Shown here: positions 1 through 21,531 of the stretch, one piece after another
How positions within the stretch are numbered: position 1 is the first letter of the stretch
How the letters are laid out: each line of letters opens with the position of its first letter
Assembly: GCA_050613775.1 (NCBI GenBank)
Contig: JBODTK010000146.1
Coordinates: 124,001-188,000 of the forward strand
Source of the DNA: Neocallimastix sp. 'constans'
Taxonomy: Eukaryota
Reading direction: 5' to 3'
DNA length: 64,000 bases
Made by a program: the position numbers and the translations under genes
The notes under the pieces: model-generated
Told to the model about the DNA's origin: nothing
Seen by the model: the letters and a program-made list of their open reading frames with translations, nothing else
Database searches by the model: none

Positions 1-1447
1 ATTAATAATATTATTTAATAATAAATTTTTAAATTGACCCCATTTAATATATGATATATTATTAATTAATAATTTATAAACCATTTTATTTTTTATTCCA
101 TTTTTTAAAAGATAAACTAAAGGCGTTTCATCATTATTATTAGATAAATTAAAATCTGATTTATATTGACCAGATTGTAGATATTCAATACAATTATAAT
201 TTTTATTTTTAATAGCCACCATTAACGCCGTATCACCCTCAGTGTTTTTTAAACTTATATTTTCTTTTGTAATTAATTTTGATATACATTTATAATTATT
301 AAATTGACAAGCTATATGCAATGCACTCGATTTAGTATTATCTACTATATTTTTATTTGGATTATATTTCAATAATAAATTAAAAATTTTTAAATTATTA
401 TCACAATATTGTGATGGACGCATCAATGGTGTTTTGAATAGATTATTTTTAATATTAATTATATCATTATAATTATCTAAAATATTTTTTATATAATTAT
501 ATTTTTGTCTTTTAATATAATCAAATAATAAATTACTTTTTTCCTTTCTTGTGCTTTCTTTTTTATTCATTTGTTCATACAAATTTTCAATTTTTTCGAT
601 AACATAAAAATTCATTAATTTCAAAGCGGCTAATTTTAACTTTTTATAAAATTCTGATTTAATAAACTCATTCATTCCATAATAAAAAATAAAAAGTTTT
701 ATTACTTCTAATTTATAATCATTTTTAACAATACTTAAATATGAGATTTCATTTAAATTTCCTAAATTTATGTATTTAAATTTTTCTTTAAGTATATGAT
801 TAAAACTTTTTTTTGAAATAGCCTTTCTTTTCCATAAACTATCATATTAATCAATTCCTTATTATTGATAATGCAATAATAATTGATTGTAAAACGAATT
901 AAATGATAACTATATTTAGGGTTATCTGACATTACCAAAAAATCTATAATTAAATAATCAATAAAAGAAAGATTCAAGTTATCATCCAATTCATTAGTTT
1001 TACAAATTTTATAAGGGATAAAATTTATATCAATATCATGAGTAATTAAAAATTTAATTTTACTAGCGTTACTTAAAAATTGTTTTCTATTTGTTTGAAA
1101 AGTTAAAAAGTTTAATACTAAATTATTTTTATCTGTTACAGTTCCATTAATATCAAAACCATACCTTAAAAATAATTCAAAATATTCGAAATTACTCATT
1201 TCTAATAATTTAAGTAAAATCCAAGAATATATTTTTTTTAGTGAAGGTTTTTTTGATAACTTTTTAAAAAAAATTCACAAGTATTATAAGGAAGTTTCAA
1301 ACCTAAAACTTTGATAATTATATAAAAATCATTATCATAATAGGTATAAATTTTTCTAAGTCTTTGTGAATTCTTTATAATATTATCCAAGGTTTGTAAT
1401 TTATATATTTCTAATAAAACATGATTACTATAATAATAAAAAGTCAT
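1..1447 (-). CDS. Intronless ankyrin-repeat protein, interrupted by two -1 frameshifts at homopolymers; 3' end beyond window edge
   Basis: ORFs 1447-1238 and 1199-768 join an unlisted frame open from ~840 to base 1. That frame encodes ankyrin motifs (FKTPLM, KSSALHIACQFNNYKCISKLI, EGDTALMVAIKNKNYNCIEYL, NDETPLVYLL). The breaks lie at T8A5 (~1261-1273) and A8 (~807-814). Confidence 0.8.
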
Positions 1448-1959
1448 TTTAAAGTAAATAAAAGTTAAAAATTATTTAAAATAAAAAATTTTATTTAAAG
1501 CTTAAATAAAGTTTGTTAAATTAATTATTAAAAAATTACCGTTCAACAGCAAATTTTGAATTCTGACAATATGAAATATAATCATTAATAGTATTCATTT
1601 TGTATAATATTTTTTATATTTTAAAACTGATTTTATTCTTAACTTTTTTATAAGTATATAAAATATATATATTTTATCTTTTTATTTTATTTTTATAATC
1701 AAAAAAAAAAAAAAAAAAAAAAAACAACTCAATAATAATTTATATAATTTATATATATAATATTCTTTAACATTTTTATTAATTATTATATCTAAATTAA
1801 TTTTTGTTTTTTAAAGTTTTCAAAAAATCTATTGGTCAATGAATTGATTTTATTTGCATTTTTAAATATAATTATTATACATTTTTTAAAAATTATTGAA
1901 AAATTTTTATTTTAATCTTTATGTTTTTTTTTTTTTATTTATTTAAAATTTAAAATTAA

Positions 1960-1960
<1 letters not shown>

Positions 1961-2052
<92 letters not shown>
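1961..2052. repeat. (TTA)n microsatellite
   Basis: Direct reading. Confidence 0.95.
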
Positions 2053-2261
2053 GTTTTTATTATAAAAAATTAATTTTATTTCATTGAAATATTTAAAAAG
2101 TATAATTTAATATTTAATACTACATATTTAGTTCAAATGTACCTAATAAAAAATATGTATTTATTTATATCAATTAATTATTATAATTAATTAATATTTT
2201 ATATCATATTTAAGTATTATAATTAATTAATAATCAATATTAAATTTAAAAATCTTTTTAT

Positions 2262-2305
<44 letters not shown>

Positions 2306-3021
2306 AGAAATAAAATAAAATAAAATTAAAAAAAAGTAAAATAAAACCAAATTACTATATAATTTATTTGATTGTTTTATTATTTTTAAATAGACTGTTT
2401 TAATTAGAGATTTTATATTATATTAATTAAAAATAATAGATATTTATTTAAATTTATAAAATATTTAATTTACTCTTTGTTTTTATATTTTTTTAGTTTT
2501 TGTTTTTTGCTTTTGCTTTTGAAATTTATTTTTTGTTATTTTCTTTTAAAATTTCTTTAGCAATATCAATGTTATTTATTATAGCTAATTTATATTTTAA
2601 AAATAATTCAAAATACTTTAAATTATCATGTTATAAAAAATATAATGACATCATTGCATAAACTTTTTTTTAAAGAAGGCTTATTTTAATAATACTTAAA
2701 AAAAAAATTCAACAACATTAAATGGACATTCTTCAAGAGGATTCATTATTATAAATATTCTTATACTTAAATCATTAATTTTATTGTCTCTTTTTATGTT
2801 AATGTATTGGTATAATAAATAATTACACAAAATTATTATTTAAGAATATCTATAATTTATTTCATTTATCAAATTTTAAATAATTAAATTATAAAAAAAA
2901 TTTTTTTTTTTGATATACATTTTTCTTTTTAAATTTCTAAACTTCTAAACTATATTTCATATTAAGAAAATGATTTTATGATACAAAAAAAATTTTATTA
3001 AGTAAAGACATAACAAATAAA

Positions 3022-3166
<145 letters not shown>

Positions 3167-4803
3167 CTCGAAAGAATCTCACGATAACAACGAATTCTAA
3201 TAATATATATAGTTTATAATAAATTTGAATATATAAAATTATGAATGACATAAACTTAAGTAAATACATAATAAATTTTTGTAATATATATATAAAAATT
3301 TATTATGTATTTATAAAAAAATAAAAGTATACTCAATATACTCAATAAATCCTTTAATAATAATAATGTCCAATTACTAATAAAAATTAATTAAAAATTT
3401 TTATCTATAAAAGTTATATTATGAACTTAAATATTTATAAAAAATAACAAATTATATATATATATATTACTCTATACTATTTATGTCCAAAATAATATTA
3501 TTATTATATATAATTTATATATATATATAATATATATATATATTTTTTTTTTTTGAATTTTTTTTGTATATTCATTTAATAATTATAATATGATGTACCA
3601 ATAAATTCTGTTTTAATATTCATAAAACATCAATCTCTATCATGTATATTTTTATTCAAATGTATCATTTTCATTTTGACTATTTTTATAAAATATATAA
3701 ATCATACATTTTTTGTTATTTGGAAAAGTTTTTCAATATTTTTTTTTTAAAAAAAAATAAAAGTTTGGTTTCCTTTCTCTTTTTTTATTAAGAAATATTT
3801 ATTAGTTAGGTAATAAAAAACAATAAACAACATTATTAATCATTTATTTTTTTTTCTAAAAAAAAAATTCTTTTTATAAATATATTAAAAAATATTATTT
3901 ATATATTAATTTAAATTTAATATGAGTTTTAATTATTTAAATATTAATATTTCTGAATTACTTTTATTTTGTTTATGTATATATATAGTTATTTTTTATC
4001 ATTATAATTAATTATGTTTTATAAAAGTAAATATATATATATAAAAAGTAATATATATTGAAATATAATTATAATATATTACAATTAACAATAAAGAAAA
4101 CAAAATAAATTAAATAAAAAATAATTCTAACCTAAATAAAATTTTAAGACTAATATTAATTCCTATTATTAAAATTTTTCTTTTTGGATATAATTATTTT
4201 TGAAAAATTAAAATATATTTATATATAAATATATATACAATAAATTTGTTTTTAATGTTGTTACATAAATTTTAAATACATATTTAAATAATTTAAATAT
4301 ACATAAATTATCAATATATTTTTAAACTAACTAAATATATAATTTATAAAGATATATTTGTAAAATATATATATATATAATTTAACAGAACATATTTGAA
4401 TGATATAAAATTATTTAATGTAATATCACTAATAACTAATAAATATCGATAATAATTATAACAATAATAACGATAATAATTATGTTAATAATATTATTTT
4501 GTAATTTTTTTTTTTTTAATAAAATCTTATTAATTATTATTATTATTATTTTTTCAATTATAATTTTTTAGATAATATATATTCATCATATGGAGTTTTT
4601 ACTAATATCTTTTAAAAAAGAAGTTTCGCTATTTTCATTTTCTATTCTTCTTTCTACATTATTAATATCATTTAAAAGATTTAACCATTATACATACTTA
4701 ATTATTTTCATTTAGTTAGTCGTTAATATTTTTTTTATCTAATATGGATCAGTTATTTGTTTATTTGTAATTTGTATTATTAATTTAATTATTGATTTAA
4801 GGG

Positions 4804-4854
<51 letters not shown>

Positions 4855-4927
4855 TACTATTTTTTACAATTTTTAATTCTAGTTTCGATAGAATATCTTA
4901 TTATTTTTATTTTTATTTTTATTTTTT

Positions 4928-4959
<32 letters not shown>

Positions 4960-5027
4960 TTATTTTATTTTTTTTTTTTAGTTCTAATTTTATTTAATTT
5001 TTTTATTATTTTCTTTTTACTTTTCAA

Positions 5028-5066
<39 letters not shown>

Positions 5067-5085
5067 TTGAATAATACTTTTTTTC

Positions 5086-8000
5086 TTATTCCGATTCATT
5101 TTCAATTTCAATTTCATTTTTATTTTTAATTTCATTTTTAGTTTCATTTTCATTTTCATTTTCATTTTTAATTTCATTTTCATTTTTAATTTCATTTTCA
5201 TTTTCAGATTCAAATTTATTTAAATTATTATTATTTTTAAATTTAAATTTAACTTCATTATTAGATTTCGATATTACAGATATTACCGCTCCAGAGTTAA
5301 TATTATTATTTTTATTTTCTTCCTCTTTATATCTTAACTCACTAAAGTTATTATTATCATTAATATTATTTATTTTTTTACTTTTGATATTATCTTGACT
5401 TGTAAGTTTTATCAAGTTCAAGCTTTCATTAATACTATTTTCTTTTTCATTTTTATCATTTTTTAAATTTATTGATATGGATTTTGCATTTATACTATTT
5501 CTGTTTATAGTATTATATAAAAATCCTATAATATCTTTATTTCCTACATCTAATGCAAATTTCATTGGTGTATTATCATTATCATCACTATTATTGTGAT
5601 CACCTTGATTAATATTAACTTTCTCACTTTCCAACAGTAATTTAACTGCCTTAAAATTATTCCTTTTTATGGCATATATTAATGGGGTGACATTTTTATA
5701 ATATTGATTATTATTTATATCTTTATCTTTTTTCACAAGTTTTTTAAAAATTTTTTCTTCATCGATATTCTTTTTTATCATATATATTAAGGGTGTATAA
5801 CCCCTTCTATTTTTTAAATTGACATCAATATTTTCTTTCGAAAGTAAATATTTTGTTATTTTATAATTTTTAAATTTTAATGATATAATTAATGGAGTAT
5901 TACCATCTTCCTTAGCTATATCATTTATACTTTCTTCTGAATTTGACAAAATAATTTTTAATATCTCAATATTTCCTGTATAGCATTGATCATGCAAGAG
6001 AGACTCATAATAACAATTTTTACAGTTGAAATTTTTTATCATATCATAATTCTCAATAATATTATTATTTAAATTGTTAATAAGAAACCTTAAATAATGT
6101 TTTTTATTTTCAATTTTACCAATGAAAATTCCATTGATAATACTTTTTATATAGTATTCAAATTCTTCCTCATATAATTCTTTTTGAAACAAAGAAAACA
6201 TTTCTACCATTTTATTCTTAATAATATAAGATAGTATAATTTCTTTACTGTTGTTACCTTTATTACATTTTAAAAGACTCTTGTTTTTTAAAATTAATTT
6301 GGAAAAGATTAAATTATTGTTTTTTACTGCAATAAATAACGGAGATTCTTGTTCCAAATTCATATTCATTTCATTATTTTGTAATATTTTCAATTTCAAT
6401 ATTAATTTAAAAAATTCAATCAAATTATTGTTAATTGCAAAAATCAACGGATTTCCTATTTCATAGATATTATCATTATCATTATCATTATCATCATTAT
6501 TATTACTATTAATTATTTTTAATTTTTTTTCACGGATAGCTTTTAAATATGTATTATTATGTAACATATACACTATAAAATCTTTATTTTTTAACCATTG
6601 TATCTTAATAGCCATTCCAAAATCTATTAATGAGGTAATCAAATTATTATTATTGATTTCATTCTTATAAATGCAATATAATGGATGATATTCATCATCG
6701 ATATTGATTAAATCATTATTTTTAATATTAGATTTTATTAATAATTTGAGGATACTTTGAAAATTATTTTTACATAAGAAATGAATTAAATTTGTACTAT
6801 CTTTATTTTTTCTCTTTAAATCAAATGATGCATTTTCTTCACCTTGTATTATTAACTTTAGTACTTTTTTTATTGTTTTTTCATTAATTAATTCATGATT
6901 TAGTAATAAATCTAAATAATTATATTTTTGAGATATTAAATAATATTTTATAGTCTTCATTAAAACTTCATTCATATAATCTGGTTTACTTATCATATAC
7001 TTCATGACTTTTTTTATATAATATTTATTATTATGTTCTATTATATAACTAAATACCGTTCGATAAGAATTATATTTACATACCTTACTGATATCTACAT
7101 TATTTTCTAATAAAAGTTTAAATATTTTTGTACAATTTTTATTTACAGCAATAATTATTGGTAATTTACCATTATTATTCCTTTTATTTACTATAGAGGG
7201 ATCCAAATCAATAACTACTTTCCCTAAATCTATTAATTCAAAGTTTATTATAACATCCATTATTGTTAAATATTCTTTCGATAAATATAGTCCTTTCTTT
7301 ATAAATAATTTCAGCAATCTTTTATTGTTTAATATTAAATTATACAAATAAGGATTTTTAAAGCATTCTGAATTAATTTCAATATCTACTACTTTTCTTA
7401 AACTTCTATATACTTTATTCAAGCTTCTTGCATTCGAAGAATATTTTAATATATAACTGAAAAAATTATAATTATTTTCGTCTATCTTATTAATATCTAC
7501 TTCACCACGTTTAACAAAATTAATTACAAGATCCAATTCACCACTTTTTAAAAGTAATATTAAATATACTAATTTATTGTTTTTTATGAATGTTATTTTT
7601 TCGTTAAGAGGAACTATATTATTATATTTTTTTTGAATATATGCTATTATATTGGAATATTTTTTTCCATTTCTATAAAAGTTGAAAAATCCTTGAATAT
7701 AATTATTATTCTTTACTGTTATTATAGAACCAGGATATTCTTTTTCTTTTTTATAATAGCTTAAAGAGTCTCTTATATAATAATTACTTTGTTTATACGA
7801 TTTAATATTGGTATATTTTTTTACATTTTTAAAAAAGCTCAAAGAGTCTTGAATATAAAAATTAAGTAATTGAATAACATCTTTATTAAAAAAAATTAAA
7901 TTATTATTATTGAAATTTAAGACAAATTTATTTTCATTTTTATTATAATTAATTAAATTTTGGTGATAATTACTTTTTCCTTTATTTAAAACAAAATATG

Positions 8001-8331
8001 CTTTAACGAAGTTTTCTATATTTATTATAAATCTTCGTAAATTTTTATTATTAATATCAGTTATTGAATTAACCGTTGAGTTTTTAGATTTTCTTGAAAT
8101 TTTTAATTTATCATTTTCAATGTGACTTTTTTCATTACTAGTAATGCATTTTATTGAATTATCTTTCTCATTCTCATAATGTTTAATATCAAAATTTTTT
8201 ATTTTAATTGAATTATCGTTTCCATTAAAAATTCCTTTGAAATTTATTTTATATTTAATATTATCAATTTTAACAATAAAATTGATAATTTGAAATTCTT
8301 GTATTTCTTTGGCATTGGGTATATTTTTCAT
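5086..8331 (-). CDS. Intronless 1081-aa ankyrin-repeat protein with acidic/Asn low-complexity tail
   Basis: Ankyrin units: GKLPIIIAVNKNCTKIFKLLLENNVDI, ESPLFIAVKNNN, DGNTPLIISLKFKNYKITKYLL, RGYTPLIYMI, NVTPLIYAIKRNNFKAVKLLL, NTPMKFALDVGN. (NE)n tail. Confidence 0.88.
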   Translation of the reverse strand: MKNIPNAKEIQEFQIINFIVKIDNIKYKINFKGIFNGNDNSIKIKNFDIKHYENEKDNSIKCITSNEKSHIENDKLKISRKSKNSTVNSITDINNKNLRRFIINIENFVKAYFVLNKGKSNYHQNLINYNKNENKFVLNFNNNNLIFFNKDVIQLLNFYIQDSLSFFKNVKKYTNIKSYKQSNYYIRDSLSYYKKEKEYPGSIITVKNNNYIQGFFNFYRNGKKYSNIIAYIQKKYNNIVPLNEKITFIKNNKLVYLILLLKSGELDLVINFVKRGEVDINKIDENNYNFFSYILKYSSNARSLNKVYRSLRKVVDIEINSECFKNPYLYNLILNNKRLLKLFIKKGLYLSKEYLTIMDVIINFELIDLGKVVIDLDPSIVNKRNNNGKLPIIIAVNKNCTKIFKLLLENNVDISKVCKYNSYRTVFSYIIEHNNKYYIKKVMKYMISKPDYMNEVLMKTIKYYLISQKYNYLDLLLNHELINEKTIKKVLKLIIQGEENASFDLKRKNKDSTNLIHFLCKNNFQSILKLLIKSNIKNNDLINIDDEYHPLYCIYKNEINNNNLITSLIDFGMAIKIQWLKNKDFIVYMLHNNTYLKAIREKKLKIINSNNNDDNDNDNDNIYEIGNPLIFAINNNLIEFFKLILKLKILQNNEMNMNLEQESPLFIAVKNNNLIFSKLILKNKSLLKCNKGNNSKEIILSYIIKNKMVEMFSLFQKELYEEEFEYYIKSIINGIFIGKIENKKHYLRFLINNLNNNIIENYDMIKNFNCKNCYYESLLHDQCYTGNIEILKIILSNSEESINDIAKEDGNTPLIISLKFKNYKITKYLLSKENIDVNLKNRRGYTPLIYMIKKNIDEEKIFKKLVKKDKDINNNQYYKNVTPLIYAIKRNNFKAVKLLLESEKVNINQGDHNNSDDNDNTPMKFALDVGNKDIIGFLYNTINRNSINAKSISINLKNDKNEKENSINESLNLIKLTSQDNIKSKKINNINDNNNFSELRYKEEENKNNNINSGAVISVISKSNNEVKFKFKNNNNLNKFESENENEIKNENEIKNENENENETKNEIKNKNEIEIENESE

Positions 8332-8442
8332 TTTGTTTTACAAAATAAATATTTATATATAATATAATATAAAATATCGAATAATATAATTTATTAATTT
8401 AATTGAATTTGAACATCTGAGTAATATACATTTTTCTTTTCC

Positions 8443-8502
<60 letters not shown>

Positions 8503-11402
8503 AAAAGTATTTAGAATTCTATTAAAACTTTTGTTTTCTATTCTTCCAATTTAATTTTAATTGTTATAAATATTGAAATATAAAAATAAATTTTAATATA
8601 CTTTTAATAAATTAGGTACTTGTTATTCCAGTTGGTTATGATAATATAATTTATTATTATAAGTAAACATTCAACAAGGTTTTTTTAACTAAGTTCGTTA
8701 ATTAAAAAATACTTATACATCTTTTTATTATTAACTACTTTTTTATAATAAAATTGAAAAAAATGAAAAAAAAAAAAAAGTATTTAAAATAAAACTCAAA
8801 ATCAAAATAAGAAAAATTTTATTAATACTAATATTTTTTTAATATTTATTTATTATGAGAATGAAAATATTCTTAATAAAAAAATATTCTTAATTTACTA
8901 AATATAATTTTTATATATATATTATTAATATAATAAATAAATAATAAAAAATTTATTACATTTTAATATATTTGATATTTATAAATTACTTTTTTAAAAA
9001 ATTTTTATACAATTAATATATATAATTTTATATTAATTATGAAATATTGAAATACTTTAATTAATATAAATTTTTTTTAATGATTTTTTCTTTTTTATTT
9101 CTTTATTTAATATATTTTATTAAATCATATATTCGTTAATGTAATACCATAGTTATTTCTTAATATAATTTTTTTTTTGTAAAACAAAATGAAAAAAAAA
9201 AAAAAAAGATACTAATGAAATACTTGAATTTCAAATTATCAATTTTATTATTCATTTTATTATATTCTATTAAGAGTTTATTTTATATATTTAATATATT
9301 ATAAGAAAACTTTAATATATTTTTTAAAAAATTCTTATTAATTTTTATTTGTTACTGTAACTAATATAATATATAATAATTAATTACAAAAATAGAATGT
9401 AATTTCAAATAAATTATCCAATATTTTTTTAATAAATTATCTCATGGATTTTTTTTATGTCATTAGAAATAATCATTTATTTTTTTTTATGTCCATTCTC
9501 CTTATTTATTTATTTATTTATTTTATTTTATTTTATTTTATTATTATATTTTATTATTTTATTATATTTTATTTTATTATTTTATTATATTATATTTTAT
9601 TATTTTATTATATTATATTTTATTATTTATTTTATTATTATATTTTATTATTATATTTCATTTTATTATTTTATTTTATTTTATTACTTTATTTTATTAT
9701 TTTTTTTTTAAATTTTCAAAAAATAACAAGAAATAAAAAATAATAAAAATTGAATACCTTTTTAATATCAGAAAAAGTTACAAAAATTCTTTGTATATTG
9801 AAATATATTATCAACAGTTACTCTTAATGCTAAATTATTAAAAATCATTTATTTATATTTACTATTAAATTGTCTTTTGGTAATTGGTAATATATTTTAT
9901 ATATATAACACTGTATAACACATAACATGATACATTAATTAGTAATACCAATTATTATAAAAGATTTTATCACTATAATAAAATTTTTTTATATTCCAAC
10001 TAGAAATCTTCTTGTAATGTGAGTCTATATAAAAAACTATTAATTTATAAATGTTGTATTTTCTTATCCTTTGTGATTATATTTTAGTATATGAATTTTA
10101 ATTGCTTATATTTTTATTATTTATTTAATAAATCAATGATTATCATTTTATTATTTATTTAGTAATTATTCTTTTTTTATATATTCATTTGAAATAAAAA
10201 TAAAAAGATCAGGTTAGCAAGAACATATTTTGTAATCTTACATTTATTATTTCATCTTTCGTTAGTTTATTGTTACAATTATCAAAAAAAAAAAAAAAAA
10301 AAAAAAAAAGTTTTTAATAAATTATTTAAATTTTTGATTTATCTATATATAATTTCATATATATTTAAAAAATTTTCAAAAAAGTTTACAATCATAAAGA
10401 ATTTCATAGAATAATTTCTTTGATTAATAGTATATAATATATTATAAATATAATTTATAATATTATTAATATTATTATTAGTAATAATTAATAGTTACAT
10501 ACCTAAAAATTATATATTAAATTAATACAATAAATTAATTTATTTGTAGATTTTAAAGTTTATAATAAAAAAAAAAAAAAAAAATAATAATAATAAATTT
10601 CATATTAACTGAATAATGATTATTTATATAAAATTTTTATTAATAATGCTTTTAAAAAATTCGTATAATTATATTTATATATAATATATATTTAATAATA
10701 ATATTAAGTATTAAAATATTAAAAATTAAAAGATAATTAAATATTTATATATTCTTTATTTTTATTATTAATTTTTATAATAAAATTTTTATATACAAAA
10801 TTATTTAATTAATAAGATTAGTTATTATTTGAAAATTTTAGCATAAATTAATTAAAGAATATTTTAAAGAAGTAGATGATTTTATAAATTTTAAATATTC
10901 AATTCCTATATTTATTTCCTGTCTAATATATAATAATATACAGTAATGCAAGCTATTATTATAATTTAAAGAAATAATATTTTTTATTATAAAAAAAAAG
11001 TTTTATTGATTATTTAATATCGAAGTTGTTGAATATAAAAAATTAAATCATTAAATATTATATAAATTTTTTTTTATATATTTTAAAATTTTATATGAAT
11101 TATTAAAATGATTTTTATTTGTTAAAAATAACTATTTTTAAAGTTTGTTTTATTTTGTTTTGTTATTTTTCAATTAAACCTTTTTTTAAAAATTTTTTTA
11201 AACTAAATAATTGTTATAAAACTAAGTATTTCTTATATTATTTTCAAAATAGTATTTACAATATAGTAATTTATACAATAAAAAATAATAGAATATTACT
11301 TTTATTACAATAAAAAAAGTCATATTTTTTACTATCTCATAAAAAATATTATATATAAATATTTTTGAAATTATAATATTACATCAAAAATATTTTTATT
11401 AT

Positions 11403-11435
<33 letters not shown>

Positions 11436-11611
11436 ATTTTTTATGAAATATATATATATATAATTGCTTCACAAAGCTGATATTTTTATATTAGGTATAG
11501 CATAAATTGATATGAAATTTATTTTTTATTTAGAATAAATAGAAATTTAAAAAATTAATTATAAAAATATTGGATAAGCAAAAAGTAATATTGACAAAAG
11601 ATTAAATTAAT

Positions 11612-18136
<6,525 letters not shown>

Positions 18137-19769
18137 TACTTAATAATAATAATATTAATAATAATATTAGTAATATTAGTAATATTAATATTTTTAATAA
18201 TAATAATAACATTGACACCATTGAAAAAATAACAGAAAGAATAATACCTTTAGCATTATTTTTAAAAACTAACTATATGATGTTATTTTTTAATTTTGAT
18301 ATAGAATAACTTAAATTTAAAAAAAAAATTATAATAAATAATAAAAGAAAACAAACATTATTAATTTTTAAAATTAATCGAACCAAATAATATTGACAAA
18401 TATCTTAATTAAAGTTATATCAATAAAATATATTATCTATTATATATAAATTGATGTTATTAATAAAACTTTGATTAATAATTTTTGTCTAATTACAATA
18501 TATTATAAAAGGTAAAAACTGTAATAATATTTTAACAATAGAATTTTATTAAAGTTAATATTAATTTCGATAGACAATATTTTACAACATAATAGGACAT
18601 ATAAATAAAATATCATAAAATATATTATTGATCATTTTTAATTTAATTTATTTAATTATTTTTTTTATTTCCTTTTTTTTATTTATCTTATTTTTTATCT
18701 TTCCTTTTTTTTTTCTTATTGAAAATGATATTTCATTTTTTATTGTTATTGTTATTGTTATAAGTTTTAATTGGATTAAACTAAGTAGTATTATATTTTA
18801 TTAATTAAAATGACCAATTCTCAAGATTAAAAGGTCTAATTGAATTTTTTAATAAAATTATCATTATCTCAGATGAAAGATTTTTTATACAATTATTTTT
18901 TCATTTTTAATATAATTTTTTTCAATATATGTAATAAATAACAATTTTATAAAAATTAAAATATTCAGACTTTTAAAAAATTAACATGAAAAAGTTCCAT
19001 TTAAATATTATTAATTATTCTTATTTGGTTTTAAATTTTGCTCTTCTGTTTTATCTCTTTTGGAAAATTTACCAATTCAGATTTCCATTATATTTTTTAA
19101 AAAAGAAATAATAATAATAATAATTTAGTATTTATGATCAACACCAAAATTTCATATTATAAAATTCATCAATAAATTAACTTTTTAAAAATTAATTTAC
19201 ATACCTTTCAAAATTAATTTATCTACAATTATTATTGGACTTTCAAACTAAAATTCCTTTCATCAAAATTACAAAAAAGTTTTCATACAAAATGAATGAA
19301 ATTATATTTATATATTATAACATTTTATTTGATATTAATTGAATTAAATATTAAATTAAATATTAAATTAGTTAACCATTTTTATAAGAAAAAAGGCCTT
19401 TCCAATAAAAGGAAATAAATAGAAGAAATATTAAAGAAGAATATTAAAAATAAAAAAATATTAATATTAATATAGTAATAATTAAAAAACATTTATGGGA
19501 TTATCCAAAGGCTTATTACTGTGAAACTGAAGAAGAAGAAGATGAAGAAAAAAATTAAAGAAGAAAATGAAACTACTGCTCTTAATAGAGAAATTCCAAT
19601 CAAAGAAACTACTACTACTGAAGAAACCAATGCTACCTACTTTTGTATTAACAATAAAATTCTTTAAGAAGTCATATTTCATAAAAGAATTAAATACTCC
19701 TACTTGAATTTTTTAGTTGCAGAGTTTTCTTCTATATCCCAAAACGTTTTTGTAATAAGTTTGACAATA

Positions 19770-19916
19770 ATGTCTTATCTGGCATATTTTTAGGCATCCT
19801 TATAAAATTTTAACTTATCTAACAATAATATGATTCTTTCACGTTCCGTTGAATTTTTTAGTAGCATTAATACTAGTAAAAAAAATGATATAAACAATCA
19901 AACATTTAACGACACA

Positions 19917-19974
<58 letters not shown>

Positions 19975-21531
19975 GTTTAGAAGAATATACTACAAATTAT
20001 AAAATAAAATAACTGTATATAATATACATAATGCTCAAAATCCAATAGATAATAAAATTAACCAAAATTTCCATTGTATCACAAAAGATGAATCAAATAA
20101 TAACATCAAAAAACAACAAATGAATAAAAGATTATATAAACAACCAAAATTTACATAAAAAGAAAAAAAGTTAACAAATAACATTTTAAAAAGGACATTG
20201 AATCCCAATCTAGAGCATTATTTAAAAGAACTAATAGATTTTAACGATATTGAAAATTTTCAAGATAGAAATGAGTGGTTAACTGCTGTTAAAGATGAAT
20301 TGAATAACGTGGAAAAATAAAACATATTCAAAACAATTAAAAACATTTCAAGAGGTATAAACGATGTACTCTGTAAATGGATATTTAAAAAAAAACCGTG
20401 TCGAAAATAGAAATATATTGAAGCATAACGCCCTCTTGGTAGCTCATTGATTTACACAAGGTTTCGGTATAGATTACACAGCAACCTTTTTACTAACTTT
20501 AAAGTTAGATTCATTACGGATAATTATCACAATTGCTATTAAAAGAAATTTCAAAAAAATTCAAATAGATGTTATAGCAGCCTAATTTAACAGCTGAACT
20601 TGATGAAGACATATATATAAATTTTACAAACCTATTATAGAAATTACTTTAAGAAAAAAAGAAATTTGATGAAACAAACTACCGAAGTACAGTTGGAAAC
20701 TTATTGTATTCAAATATCTGCACAAGATCTGATATGTTATTCCCAGTCATTAAAGGAAAAACAAAAATCCAACTTACGAAGACGGGAAAATGTCAAAAGA
20801 ATATTCAAATATTTGAAAAGAACAGAAAATTAAAGTATAAAATTTTCTAAGGAAAGAATTCTAAAGGTCTACGTTGACGCAGGTTTCGCTGGACACACTG
20901 AAACAAGACGATCTACTTCATTTTTCTAATGATGCTAGGAATTAATCTAATTAGTTGGTATTCTAAGCTACAACAATGTAGCAAGTTCAACTAAGCTAAA
21001 TATTATAGCATAAGTGATTGTTCCAAACATTGTTATTGGTATTTAAATTTTTTATAAGAATTGAATATAAAGCTTAGCTATATAACTATTAATGTAGATA
21101 CAATTGTCAATATCAATCCATTAATCCTTGGTAAAAACACATTAATATATAAAATTATCATAAAAAGAAGTCTTATTAAAGGAGTAAAGATTAAGTTAAT
21201 ATACATAAAGTCTGAAAATAATATCGCTGATGGATTTACCAAATAGCTGTAAGCTAATGGATAAATCTAGAAATACATTATTAATGAAAATTAATTATTA
21301 ACCTTACTTACAAATCTAATTATAAAAAGTTTGACTTGAAAGGGTGTGTTTAATGTAAACAAAATTGTTTTAATAATAATTTCATTAATTATTTTTTTTT
21401 AATCTCTAATAAAAATTTAAATAATAAATACATAGAAGAATCTTTAATAAAAATTTAAATAATAAATACATAGAAGAACATCTTTATTGAGTGTGCAATT
21501 GTATTTTCTTAATAATAAAAATATTATTTCA
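19770..21531 (+). mobile_element. Decayed Ty1/copia retrotransposon 3' half (RT/RNase H remnants, PPT, putative 3' LTR)
   Basis: Broken frames read GIFLG, CKWIFK, LVA.*FTQGFGIDY, QIDV.AA, YVDAGFAG..ETRRSTS, ISWYSKLQ and KSENNIADGFTK. The YVDD region is deleted. PPT-like GAAAGGGTG is followed by TG at 21347. Contains a tandem ~34-bp duplication at ~21407-21478. Confidence 0.85.

Noticed and set aside
4965..5213. MKMK-repeat ORF overlapping the ankyrin C-terminus
   Set aside because: Alternate frame of the (GAAAAT)n repeat. A frameshifted true C-terminus cannot be excluded but is unsupported.
18800..19700. Possible decayed coding DNA and 5' LTR/gag of the 19.8-21.5 kb copia remnant
   Set aside because: No convincing match to the putative 3' LTR and no diagnostic motif.
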